Part shown: in pieces, positions 36,101-48,100 of the stretch
Numbering within the stretch: the stretch's first letter is position 1
Layout of the letters: every line of letters begins with the position of its first letter
Assembly: GCA_036172245.1 (NCBI GenBank)
Contig: JAYWIR010000067.1
Location: 1 to 64,000 of the forward strand
Direction of reading: 5' to 3'
From: Raillietiella orientalis
Taxonomy: Eukaryota
Length of the DNA stretch: 64,000 bases
The notes under the pieces: generated by a model
What the model saw: only the letters and a program-made list of their open reading frames with translations
The model's database searches: none
Told to the model about the DNA's origin: nothing
Program-made: the position numbers and the translations under genes

Positions 36101-39100
36101 GAGAAGGAGGGAAGAGGTCTCAGTCGAGTCTCGGCGCCTTGCCTGCACGAAGACGGTGAAGAAGACCACGGAGATGGTCGCTGTGGCGAACATCTCCTTC
36201 TCCGGGATGACTTTCTCGTCTATTAGAAGGACCAAGGCGAACGCGATGGCACCTCGCAGGCCTCCATACGCCATCACGAACTTTTCGACCTGGTCAATCT
36301 TGTGGATGCGGAAGTGGTTGGCGAAGCCAGTTAGGATGACCACACCTAGAGGGAGGAAGGAAGGTAAAAAAAAAAACAAAAGAACACGGAAGCGGTTCGT
36401 ATTGAAAGCAGAAAAAGAAGGAAAAAAGAAATTGGCGCCTGCGCTCTCTGTGGAGGATGAGCGAAACCAAGGCGACACGTGCCCACGTCCCAAGGACTCC
36501 CGGGACTCGACGACTTACTCGTGGCCAAGACCACGAGGCAGGGACTGTTTCCGCTGTCCCATAGTGGGGACGAACCTACGCCTTTCCTTTCAGCTGCTCC
36601 CCTTCCGTTGATCCGGAGAAGACACCGCCATTTTGTGGGACCGCCACTTCGCTGCCGCCGAAGAAAGGTCGTCTTGGGAGAAGAAAACCGTCCTCCCTGA
36701 CCAGAGGCATTGCCACTGCAACGATACTTCTGAACCTTCAGAGTCATGGAAGTGCTAGAGCGCTTCCAGTACTTGGAAAGACCCTGGAATCATCCTGAGG
36801 CTACTCTTCCATCCCCAGGACAACCGTCACCACCCAGGAGGAAAGCTTGGACTCCACCTCGGTCGCTGAGAGACGGATGGCGGCATGCACGCCTTCCAGA
36901 ATACCAAACCCGGCGGTGGAAGCCCGGAAAGATGCGGTTGGTTGTCTCGGCTCCGTAAGTGGCGTGTGGATCGCGCGCTTACCGTGACGCGTCGGACGCA
37001 GGCAGGCGCGCCTGCTGAGCAGGCCCGTCAGAGGCGCTGCGCGTCGTCCACATACGAGAAGCACCAACGCGGGCGTTCCCGGGCTGGTCTAGCTTCTTTT
37101 TTTCCCCAGCCTCCATTCCCCTCCCTCGTGCACATCAAAATTCTCCCATTGCACCTCCCATAGCAACGCAGGAAGAGGCGACCTTCCCCATCGATCGAGA
37201 TGACGAGTCTGCGACCCTCGCTTTCGCTTGGACACGGGGGAATCTACGCCCCGCCGTTCGTTACGAAAGAGCGAACGGATGAGGAGCTCCGTCCTGACCT
37301 CTTCCGTGGGTCCTCCGTTCCATTCTCAGCAGCAAGCGCTGCTCCAGCGTCTTCCGCGTGCGAGTGCACTGGAGGCAGCGGTGCTTCTGTTTCTCCCTTT
37401 GCGCTCCCAACGGCACTTCCAGCTCTCCTCTGCATAGAGCGCTTGGTGCCGTCGCTGGCCACGAGTGGCTCCGTCACAAAACTCCTGGAGCGGCGCGTAT
37501 GGTGCTCTGCGCGCTTCATAGATGGCGGAAGCGGCTCTCACAGTCAGCTCCACAGTAGGCGGAAACGGAGACGCTGCCAGCCGGGAACTCCCCGGTCACG
37601 AGCGGAGGAGGCCTGTGGGAGGGAACGCCGCAGCCGTAGCGACCACGGAGGCGAGGCTAAAGAGATGGGGGTGGTGCTTGCCTTTCAGCCAAGCTCTGGA
37701 TGGGCGGGGCGCCCACCGGGCGCGGACTCGCCCGGCTCGGAGGAGCCAGGAAGTGGGCAGAAGGCGCGGTCGCTCAACCCCTCGTTTCGACTTGAGTGGA
37801 CTCGCCTGCACGGGGGCCATCGCCTCCTGGGGAAACGTCGAAGGACCCCTGGCACCTGTTCGGGCCCGAAGGACCTGTCTGGGTGAAGAGCGGTCATCCC
37901 GCGACTCAGTGATGTCGCGGTCGTGAGGGAAAGGGGAAGGAAGAACCGAGAAGAAGGGATCACTGCCGCCCCCCTGCATGCCGTATGCCTTACGAAGGGC
38001 GCGGAACTGACCTGGTGGCATGGCGTCCCGGCGACGGCGCTCCATGAACTGGGAGGCACTAGGAACACTCAGAACACGTTGACCTCCCCTGACATATGCC
38101 CGTGCCTCCTGATGCTCCCTCCCTTCTTTTTTTTGGCTCGCCAAGTGCTGCAAGAGTCGTTACCTCCCTCAGACCAGTGGGAGGTAACGCAAAGGGGACT
38201 CTGGGGGACTATGGAATTTTCTTAACGCTGTCCACGCCACCTGAGGGTGCGTGTGACCCTTCAATTTATAAGGATTGACTCCGAAGGACCATCCCATGGA
38301 TCCAGCAAGGCTCCGGAGGAGAGAGTCTGTTCCTCCCTTACTTTTCGGAGGGGACCCCGAAGGGAACTTCTTCCTCCTCATCCACACTCTACCAAGCGAA
38401 CCCTCAAGGGGGCCGCTCCCATTTCATCCTCTGGAGAGAACCCCGAAAGGAACAGCGCGCTTCTAACCCTCCGGAGAGGCAACTTCCCGAGGAGGCTACC
38501 AACCGGCTCCATGGTAACGGCTCGACTTTCCGAACCGGAGGGGCGACCCGAAGGGATCCGAAGCTCCTTGACTGCTGGAAAGATCTTGGCGGGTGCACTC
38601 CGGTCCCGGCAGGTCAACAGGGGCATCCGACTTCCAGCTTCCACCAGTGCCACCTCCGAAGCCAACTGAGACCAACCAGCGTCTTCCTGCGGAGGTACTC
38701 GCAACCCGAGACGACAGCGTCACTTGCAGGGGAAGTGGAAACCCACAGCGCACCCCCGTTTCCGGCGTCGATCCTTCCCCGGGCGGGGGGATTCGTACCC
38801 GCGATGCTTGGTGCCACGCACGGAGGCCGCAGCCACACGGTCGCCAGCGCTGGCCCCCACTGTCTGCAGTCAACTGGCGCGCTGATGCCGCTCTCGTCTC
38901 TTCTGCAGGAGGATGCCGCGCCGTCCGCGGAACCGCAGAAGGGTGGCGTCAACGAGGCGTGGGGGGACCCTTTCGTCTTCTCGGGACGGTCCGGACTTGG
39001 CAAGCGTGCCGAGGCGACGAAGAGATTTCCGCGGATGGGAGGAGGCAGGAAACGCGGAGGTGCACCTGGGAGCGAAAGGAGGAGAGGAGGAGGACGGCAG

Positions 39101-42100
39101 CCGCACGTCGATTGCGACGGCGTCGCTCCCCAGGAAGTGCACGACAGCTGGGGAATTCGCGAGGCGAGAATTCTAATGGGCACCGTCACGCTGGACGAAG
39201 AACACTGCGAGAGGGAGAGTGGCTCGGGCCGTTCCGGGAGGCAGATTGCAAAGTCTCAAGTCAAGCAGCGGAAGAAATCTCCGTCGAAAGGAGAGGAGTG
39301 GGAAGGAGTTATCTTCCTCTTCTTATTTCGGACGGACCGTGCCCGAAAGCGCTCCGCTGGATGATCTCTCGGCGGTTCCATTTTCTCAGCAGCCACGTCA
39401 GCTCTCCAGAATTAACCGAAGAAAACCCACTATCCCGAAGGCTGAGCCTGCGCAGCAAGCGGTCCCGTAGAACATCGCCCAGGCAGCGTGCAGTTCATTC
39501 GATCCGAGCTTTCGTGTAGAGTGTTGCTATCTTCAGTACCGAGCCTGGATTTCCCTCTCTTTGTAGCATTGCGCGGAGGTCGATGGGCCGCATTCTTCGA
39601 AGCCGGGAAGTTTCAATCTCGTTAAGCCATGAGTACCTCGATAACTATCCTAGGTCATCCTAGATGACCAACAAAAAACACCTCGCAGCAGTCCGCACCT
39701 CCAGCGCAATCGTAATGCTCGCTGTCACGTCATGGATCAGTCACACCATGCACTAAAGGTGCAAGCAAACAAAAAGAGAGAGCTGTTGTTTACGGTGGGT
39801 CACGTGCTCACCGTGGGTCGTTCCGTGAAAAGTGAGGGTCGCCTCTCGCTGCATGTGACCGCGGGAGCTGACGGGTTGGTAGCGCAGCGTTCGTAGGGAA
39901 TGCGACAGCGAACAGAGGCACGCAAAGGGTCCACACAACGCACAAAGCGAAAAACGTGCTTCACGACGAGAAACCTGGCCAACGGTCGGCAGAGGCAGCG
40001 CGATCAAAGGGGGCGGACCCTAGCAACTGGTTCCTCGCTAGGGCTCCACGCGCCTCATGGTAGGGCGCGAGAACAGTATTAGTGCCTCGCGATTGCAGCG
40101 GTAGGATTTTTTTTCGATCCGGCTCATGATATGCGGTGACACAAACGGCTCTCACGTTCTTTGCCCTCGGGGGCCGTTCTGCTGCAATCTGCACGGCGCG
40201 CTTCTGCGAGGGGTCCTGGATTTTCGCCTTTCCATGTTGCCATAATAGAAAGACAAGGATGAATAACGAGCAGCAGCAGAAGGACGAGGGAAGGGGGGGG
40301 GGGGGAACCCCACATGCAGAGGCATGGATAGGAGGCGGGGAGATCGGTCCAGACGAGTTCAATCGAAAAAAGTTAAAAAAAAAAAAAAAAAGGAAAGGAA
40401 GGGCGCGACGATACCTGTGGTCGGGAAAGCTGGGGACTTCCCGCGGTCGCAAGGGTTGGAGTGTTGAAGAGGGGGAGAGCAGGAACGCGCGTTAACTGCG
40501 CCAAGGGACTCCTCGAGGTGCTGATCGAGAAGACAGCGGGCCCGCCGCAGTCTGGGAAAAGAACGCCGTCGACCCCAGGACACGCCCATCACCGACACAG
40601 CACCTGCAAGGCGTAATTGGCGGCGCTTCGGGTCGCGAACGAGTCGACAGGTGCACGCGATTTCCCTGCGGGGAGCCGCCCGTATGGGGGTCAGGGCGGG
40701 CGAGTTCAGGTACCTTCCCGACGCGAGGAAGGGTGTGAGTAACAGTGACGTCGACCTTTAGCGGCAGCACCTGAACTCTCCCCTAGAATAGCAGCAGCAG
40801 TGCCCGTGTGCGGACCGCAAGCGACGACCCTTCGCGTTCGAGGGCAGTTCCTTGTTCCGCGGGCTCGCACGTTTTTTCGTGAAGGGAGGGGGGAGGAAAG
40901 ACCCTTGAAAAGGCACGGCGGCGCCAGCTTTCTTGTTGAAAGGCCGAGAGTCCTTGAAAGCGGGAGAGGCTGGGATCGTGCCGGCGCGCAAGAAGTGGAT
41001 CCCGGGCGCTGCAGAGTAAACAAACGCGAAGGAGGCTGCGGAGTCCCCTCGTGTTTGCCGGCGTCCGCAACAGCGGGATCCCCTGCGTCCGACGCTGCGA
41101 GGCGAGGCAGAATTTTCGCCCCTCTGTGGCGCCATCTCGAATCGACCGACCGAAATGCCACTCTTTCTTGCTCGCAGTCGAAGCCGAAAAAGTCAACGCC
41201 ATCTTCTTCCCCCTTCGAGACCGCGTGCTGAATCTCGCCGAGCACGGTCCCGCGTTGGCCAGGGAACCAAACCCGGCGTGATGCGAGCGTGTTCCCCCCA
41301 ACCCTTCACCGCTTTCCTGTGAAATCACCTCAAGAAGCTCAAAGCTAGCAGCACTCTGTCCTTGGTGGATGAGTCGTTCCGTAGGGATCCGAGCGAAGTG
41401 CCGCCCTACGGCAATCGCAGCTCGTCCATAGGTGTTCCACCGAAACATCGCTTGTCGCTCCGAAAACCTTCGTTCCCTCTGAGGACCTCTGCAGTCTCGG
41501 CAGGTGGCGGTGTTTAAGAATGCTCTCTCACCCACCCCTTTGCCCTACTCGGGGGACGAAAAAGCGGCGGTGTCTCTTCCCCCTCTCGAGGTCGCGGGCC
41601 GCAAGCAGGCTTCTTCTCGTTCCCGGCTCAGATTCGGAAGCTGATGGGTCCCCTCAAAGAGACCGAAAAGCAGCAGCAGCAGTAGCGCCGTCCATGATCC
41701 ATGATTTTTCTCGGACTAATTCTTTTTTGTGTGATCTTATTTTTATCGCCGGAGGACACGCGCCACTTCGTCTCCCGCCTTCCAGCAGGGCTCCTGTTAA
41801 AAATAGGTGCGGAGGCTTCACAGAGGAGGCACTGGAGAGCTTTCTCGTTGCCCGGGCTTGAGCGCAGGCGCGAGATGATCCTCGTGCCAAGGCCAAGGGG
41901 AATTCTTGCAGAGAAAAAGAGAGAGAGAGAGAAGAAGAAGAAAAGCTCTGCTCCGCGTTATCCGGAACGACCGCAGTTAAACGCGGATCGCGCACAGTTT
42001 CCCAGCAACGGTTTTTTTTTCCCTTCTGCTTTCCCCGCACGTTCGGGCAATCGTCTCTCTCTCTGGGAGGTTCGCGCGGCTCTTGGAAGAGGCCGGGCTG

Positions 42101-45100
42101 ACGAGGCGCGCGACAGCACCTGGACGGAGACGCACCCACTACGCTACGTCCCCTCGTGAAGAGGTGCGCACTCTCGCCTCCTTCTCTTCTTCACCCTTCC
42201 AGCAACGTTACTGTGACCAACGCCATCACCGTCACTGCTGCTACCACAGCAACCCTGGGGCTGGTACTGGGTCTCGGTCTCGCCCGAGTTTCCCTCCGCC
42301 AAGGCGGGAAGGGCAGGTGAACCATCAGAAAGGGTAGTGGTGGCAGCTGAAAGGGAACCCGAAGGGCACGCCCGCTGCCCCTGTCGATCTCACAGCTTTC
42401 TTCTGGACCGTCTCTCTCTCTCCGTCGGAAGAACAAGACGTCGGTCGAGGCAGAAGGGGGAAGGGAAAAACCTCGCCATCCGGGGAAGCAGACGCCGCCG
42501 AGGAAGGGGGCAGTGAGGAGAGGAGGGAGGGACGGAGGACTCGCGCGAGCGACGCGCGCCTTCGACCTCGCCTCCTTTTGTTTTGACCTCTTCGCGACGG
42601 GGAACGGCTCCGTTGCGGGAGCGAGTCCGTCCACTCCTCCCGCCCTTATCGTCACTCATCGGTCCAGCAGCATCGTCCGAGTCTGGAGTCTTATCGATCC
42701 CAAAGATCTGCCAAGGTAAAAAAAAAAAAAAGGAAAGAGAAAAAAGGACGCAGAGTCTTCTTGCCGCCGCCTCCACTGTCAAGAAGACACCGCTAGGTGT
42801 CCTCGCGGTTGATTAACCGTAGCCTCCGGTTCCCGGGCTGGCAGCAAAAAATAAAAAAAAGAGCAAAGAGGAGGAAGGAGGAGGAGAAAAGGAACGAGAT
42901 CTGGTCCTTCGCTCGTGGGACCTGCCCTTTCGGACGATGCGGGGATGGTAGACGGAGGTTGCTTGGCAACACGTGGCAGTAGGCAACAAGCCACAGGAAA
43001 AGCATCCGGGCCTGGCGCCGAGGTAGGAGACCAACAGGTCTCTTCCACTCTGCCTGCCCGTAAGCAGGGGGGATCCTCCGGGCTCTCGACCCCGCGGCAT
43101 GGGTCCGGAGGGGGAGAAAACACACACGCACACAAAAAAAAACAGGGAGGGGGGGGGGGGGAGAACCGAATGGAAGCCGCCCTCCGGAAACGGCGAGTTT
43201 CCGTGTCGGATGCCAAGGGAGGCAGCAATCAGACTGAGTAGCGCGCGAACGATGATGCCGCTCCCCCTCTCCACCCTGCCGCCTTCTTTCCGGGGAAAGC
43301 ACTGCTCTGAGGAACGGGGCAAAGAGGGGCGCTGGCAGTGGTGGTGAAGCAGTGAACCAGATTCTGAACGAGAGCGCGGCCCGAGCGAGCTAAAAATAGA
43401 CCAACGCTGAAGGGGGCTGCAAGCGGTCGCGATGGTGCCGTGCTCAGCGCCATCGCAGGCGGGACAGGCCGGCCGTGCGCGCGACGGAGCCGAGGGGCGC
43501 TCTTAGGACGAACGGGACGTCCTCCATCCATGCATTGGGATGGGATGGCCCTTCAGGAGGGCTGGCCTACATCCCCGGCCGAAGGCAAACTGCAACCAGC
43601 CCGGCGAAGGCGGGCGGCACGTCGTCCGTCCTGCACGCGCAAGAGCACACCTCCCGGTGGCAAACCGGGGAAAGGAGGGGGGGGGGCAGCGAACGCGAAA
43701 AAAAAAAAAAAAAAATTGGAAAAGCCGCTCAATGAGAAACCCACGCGACCAGGCGAGAAAAGGAGCGATGCGCCTCGGGATAATTCCCCTTCGTTACCGT
43801 GAATTGTCTGGGAGCGGAATTGAATTGTCCGGGGCTTTCCTTTGTGTCCAAGGATTATCTCCAGGGGAAGTGCTTCGGTAGGCGGGCGCCGGCCTCGTCC
43901 ACTCGCACGCCTCGTCTATGCCCGATTTGGGAAGAGACTTCGAGGAAGATTTCGGGAACCCTGCCGGCTTCCCGAATCAGCAGCGCAGGCAGGAGGTGAC
44001 TTCGCCAAGAGCCTTTTCTTCCTCCCTCTCCGCTGTCCTCAGAGGACAGCGGAGGAGGAGGAAACAACCGGGAGGACCGGGCTTCCAGAAGGATCGTTGG
44101 GGCTGCGGGAGAAGGCAACAATGGGTAGGACGGCACGCTAACGGCCCGCGGAAGGCTCAGCAAGCACGGGTGGAGGAGGAGCGGACGAGAGCGCCGCTGC
44201 ACGGGATCCAGAGGAAGTGAAGGCCGGGCCGTAGCAGAGCGCAAACTCAAGCAAGAAGTGGGAGTGGGGAGGCATCTCCTAGGGTCGAGGCCCCTTGCCG
44301 GCCTCTGGGCTCTCACATGCCAGGACGTTTCTCTCGCCCGCGACGGACAGGAGCAGTAACTACCGGGAGAGGGCGAGAGGTCGAAGAATAAGGAGGAGTC
44401 GAACGCTGCTCCCTTCGTACCGGAAGCCGAGGAAGAAGGGAAGGATGGGTGCAGGCAGAACGAGTCAGTCGGAGTAGGGAGTATAGGACAACTTCGTCCG
44501 CAAACACAGCAGAACCCCTGACCCCATCTCCCCCTCCTTCTTCGCTTCCCGGAAAGCACCACCCCTTTCCCAGGGGACCGTATGATAGTCCGCTTTTTCT
44601 TCTCCTCCTCCACTTCCCTGTTCCTTTCCAATGCCGTGGGCTGTCTGCAGGTTCCCTGACTAGCCGGAGGAGGCAGTGACCCTCGGTCGCCTGGATCCTC
44701 GCACAGGTTGCCGGTGTTCGGACGCAGTCCCGGATGGATTTGGTGTTTTCTTTTGGTCTTTCCTTTCCTGACGGCGATGTTGTGCTGGTGGAGTCGGGGA
44801 TCATGTCCCCCCCACACTACAACGTGGGTTCTGAGGTCCTGCTAGCCCGCAGTGTGGCCTGGCACCTTCCCCTTGCTCAACCTCTCAAGTGCCAGTCTTC
44901 GCCTCGCGAGCGCTGCCGCTCGCAAGAAAGGGAAGGGAAGGGTCGGAGGTCGCGACACGCCTCCACTATCGCTCCCGGATCGATCCGCGCCATCACTGGG
45001 AGGGCGGGGAAAAAAGAAAAAAAAGAAAATAAGGTTCCTGAGGTCGCAGGATGCCGCGTGCGGCTTCCGAACCAGAGGTGGCAGTAACTCCCTCCGCGGA

Positions 45101-48100
45101 GAGCCTGGAGCACAGGTTCATGGGAACCGGAACCCCTCCCTCCCGCTCGGCGCGGGATCCATACCGCAACCTGCAAGGGGATGGCCGAACCCCAGGTTCT
45201 GGGTTTCTCAAACGGGGTCGAGCGAAGTCACCCCCCTCCTTTCGGATCACGGAATAGCGCGAGCGACGACGAATCCCGGGCTGCCCCGCTTTCCCGACTT
45301 CGCTTGACAACCGAGAGGGAAAGCGAACGCCGGGAGACGCGAGCGCCGCCGCCGGCACGGAGCCCTGCAAAGCTATCCGCTCCGACACTGGGGACCTCCC
45401 CCACCGACCGACTTCCTGCACTCGCTTGAAGGCATGCCGCAGCTCGAAGAGCTGCGAGCCGAGAAAGTTCGGGAGGAAACGGTCACAGCTGGTGAGGAGG
45501 GAGGAAGGCACCTTCGGCGATGCAGTACCCACCAAGAGCTCTGTAGAACGTGCAGAAGACTATGGTGAAGACAATGAACCAGGTGTTCCACACGTGGTGG
45601 TCATTGACGGTGGAAACGCCCAGGAAGACAAAGATGATGGTTTCCGAAGACTGGCTCATCATCTTGATGGCATACTTGATGGTGGTGAGTGCTTTTTCGG
45701 ACACATTCGACTGGATGTAGTTCTTCATCGTGATGCCGCAAAACGTGATACTGCAACAATGAGAAGACACCAAATGTGAGAGTGCAACAATGATAGGACA
45801 CCAAACGCGACGGTCCAACAATGAGGATAGACTAATCATGCTGCCGCAACAATGGAGAGAGGGTGCTACGCGGCAATAATGCGCAAACCGGCGGAAGTAA
45901 CGCTGCGAAAAAGATACCGCTTCCCATGTTTTCCCGAAGATCTTCCCATAGGGGAACCTGCAGCCTACACTGGGACAGTGGCATGCGTTGGGAAACCCAG
46001 GAAGTGGATCAAAGAACGCGGGAAGACTCCCTTCTCTTCCAGGCGAGTTCGTCCTGATTCGCACATGCACCGACCGCTGCTGAGGACGCACATTCGGACG
46101 CAGAATCGCAAGCACCGGATATTCTTCATGCGGTTCCGGGAGATCAGTCGAGTAACTCTGCGAAGTGCCTGGTTTGGGTAAGGCCACCCTCGCTGGAACC
46201 TCCCCACGGTTGGGAGGCTGGCCAGGCCGGAGGCAGCACAATCCTTTCCCCTGGCCATTCGTGGATTCCGCTCCAGGGAAAGATCCAAGAAAATGGCGAC
46301 TTTAACCGGCAGTGCGCCGCTCGTCTCAGACGTGGGTCGGCTTAGTAGCAAGACAGAGTCCACGACGAACCACCACCATCACCACAGTGCCTAAGGAAGA
46401 CGCGGGTCGGCTGTTCCCAGAGCCAAGACAAGGGAAGAGGGGTCGCGCGGCCTCTACGAACTTGGCTTTCTGTTTTCCTTCCTGTTGTCGCGTTCCTCTG
46501 GGACGATTTGGAGGGGCTCGTACGCGCATCTGCGGTGGCGTCCCTGCCCCCCATCCTCCTCCCTCGCTTTACGCTGAGCCGAAAGCGCTCGGTCGCCGTC
46601 AGCAGTTTGGGGAGGGGAGCAGGGACCGGGTCACCTTCCTCTCCGCTTCCCGCTCCGCCGAGGAAGCCCGCGCGGAGCGGCTCCACGCCCGAGCCGCGCT
46701 AAAGCGGGAACACATGGTACGACCCGGTCGTTAGCGAATCAAGGAAGGAATAGGAGACAGAAACATGAGCGGGTGAAGAGGAGGTGATGGTGGTTCCGGT
46801 GGCGCCGTCCGTTAAACTGCTCAGGGAAGAGGAAACCGCGAAGGTGACCCCGCTGCTGTCACTGCCGCGGGCGGAGCGTAGAGGGGCAGCGCTAGCGCCT
46901 CCACACTCAAGGCGCCTTCACGGAAGGCTCGCGAAGGGTGATCGAAAGGCCGGTCACAGCAGCAGGGTCACCCTGGCCGCCGCGAGTGTTCCAGAGCACG
47001 GGGGGAGGAGGGACACCCGCCCTCAAGAGGGTCTCTTCCGGCCCTTCCACGGGGAAAGAGGGAGGGCGGGGATAGAGCGCAAAGCGCGGGTGGCTCGGAC
47101 CGGTGGACTTACGCAAGGATCCCTGACAGGTGGAACATCTCGGCGTTCAGGTAGGAGAGGTACGCCATCACGAAGATGAAGACAGGCTCGATCACGGGCA
47201 CGTGGTGCGTGAACCTGGTTACCAGGGCAACCAGGTACCCCCACGCCACTCCCACCAGCGTGCCCCCGAGGCCGATGACCACGAAAGAGGACACGCCGGC
47301 TAGGATGTCCGAGTACCGGATGTTCTCTTCTCCCATCGCGCTGTACACTTCGAACATGTGGTACAGGACCTGGAAGAAGGGAGTGGAGGAGGAAAAGAAG
47401 AGCGTGAAAGGCACGCAGCGCGCGCGAGAGAGAGAGAGAAAGGAAGGGGTAAGGGAAACGGCGTGAATCGTGGACCCCCGGGGACATGCCAGGCGATCCC
47501 GCGGGCTGCGCTGAGGGAGTTCCCCCACATGGCTCCTGATGGGAAGGGGCGGACGGACAAAGATAAACCCACCGAGGGTCATCCGGACGTGGTCAGCTCC
47601 AGAAGCAGACATAGGTCGAGCGCGAGCCTTTCTGCTCATCTTTCTTTCCTTATCCCTCCTTTCCTCCTCCTCAAGTTGGCGCAACGCAGACTGAAGGCAG
47701 CAGAGCTTGGCGTCCGCCGAGCGCTCCCGAGGTGCAGTCGTCGTCCGGTCCACGGTATTTCCCTTCCAACGGCTCCCTCGACAGGCAGGAAGGAGGGGGG
47801 CCACAAAACGATGGCGCAAAGCAGCTGCGGGACGAGGGAGAGAAAGTGGAGGGAGGAGAAATCCTCCGTCTCCGGTGCGTACCTCACCGGTGCGCGCGCC
47901 CACCGCTGAGCCCAGGGACAGATCAGGGGGGATTTTTATTTTTTTTTTCTTCCCCGCTTGCTCACAGCCCTCACAAGGGGATGGTGGTGGTCGGTCGGTT
48001 GCCTCGCAAGAACGCCCGAGGGCAGGGAGCCGAACAGCCGCAACCCGCCGGCGACGTGCGGAGTGAAAGTGCGGGGCTATCGCCGCCGGGAGACGTCGAG

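Noticed and set aside
37250..37600. Minus-strand fragment [18 protein letters not shown] resembling a P-element-type transposase region
   Set aside because: Short, interrupted by stops, no catalytic motif; cannot be supported without a search
44610..46010. Short inverted similarity (GGGAACCTGCAG...GAAGTGG) flanking NHE exon 45750-45533
   Set aside because: Only about 12 bp exact; too weak for stable pairing
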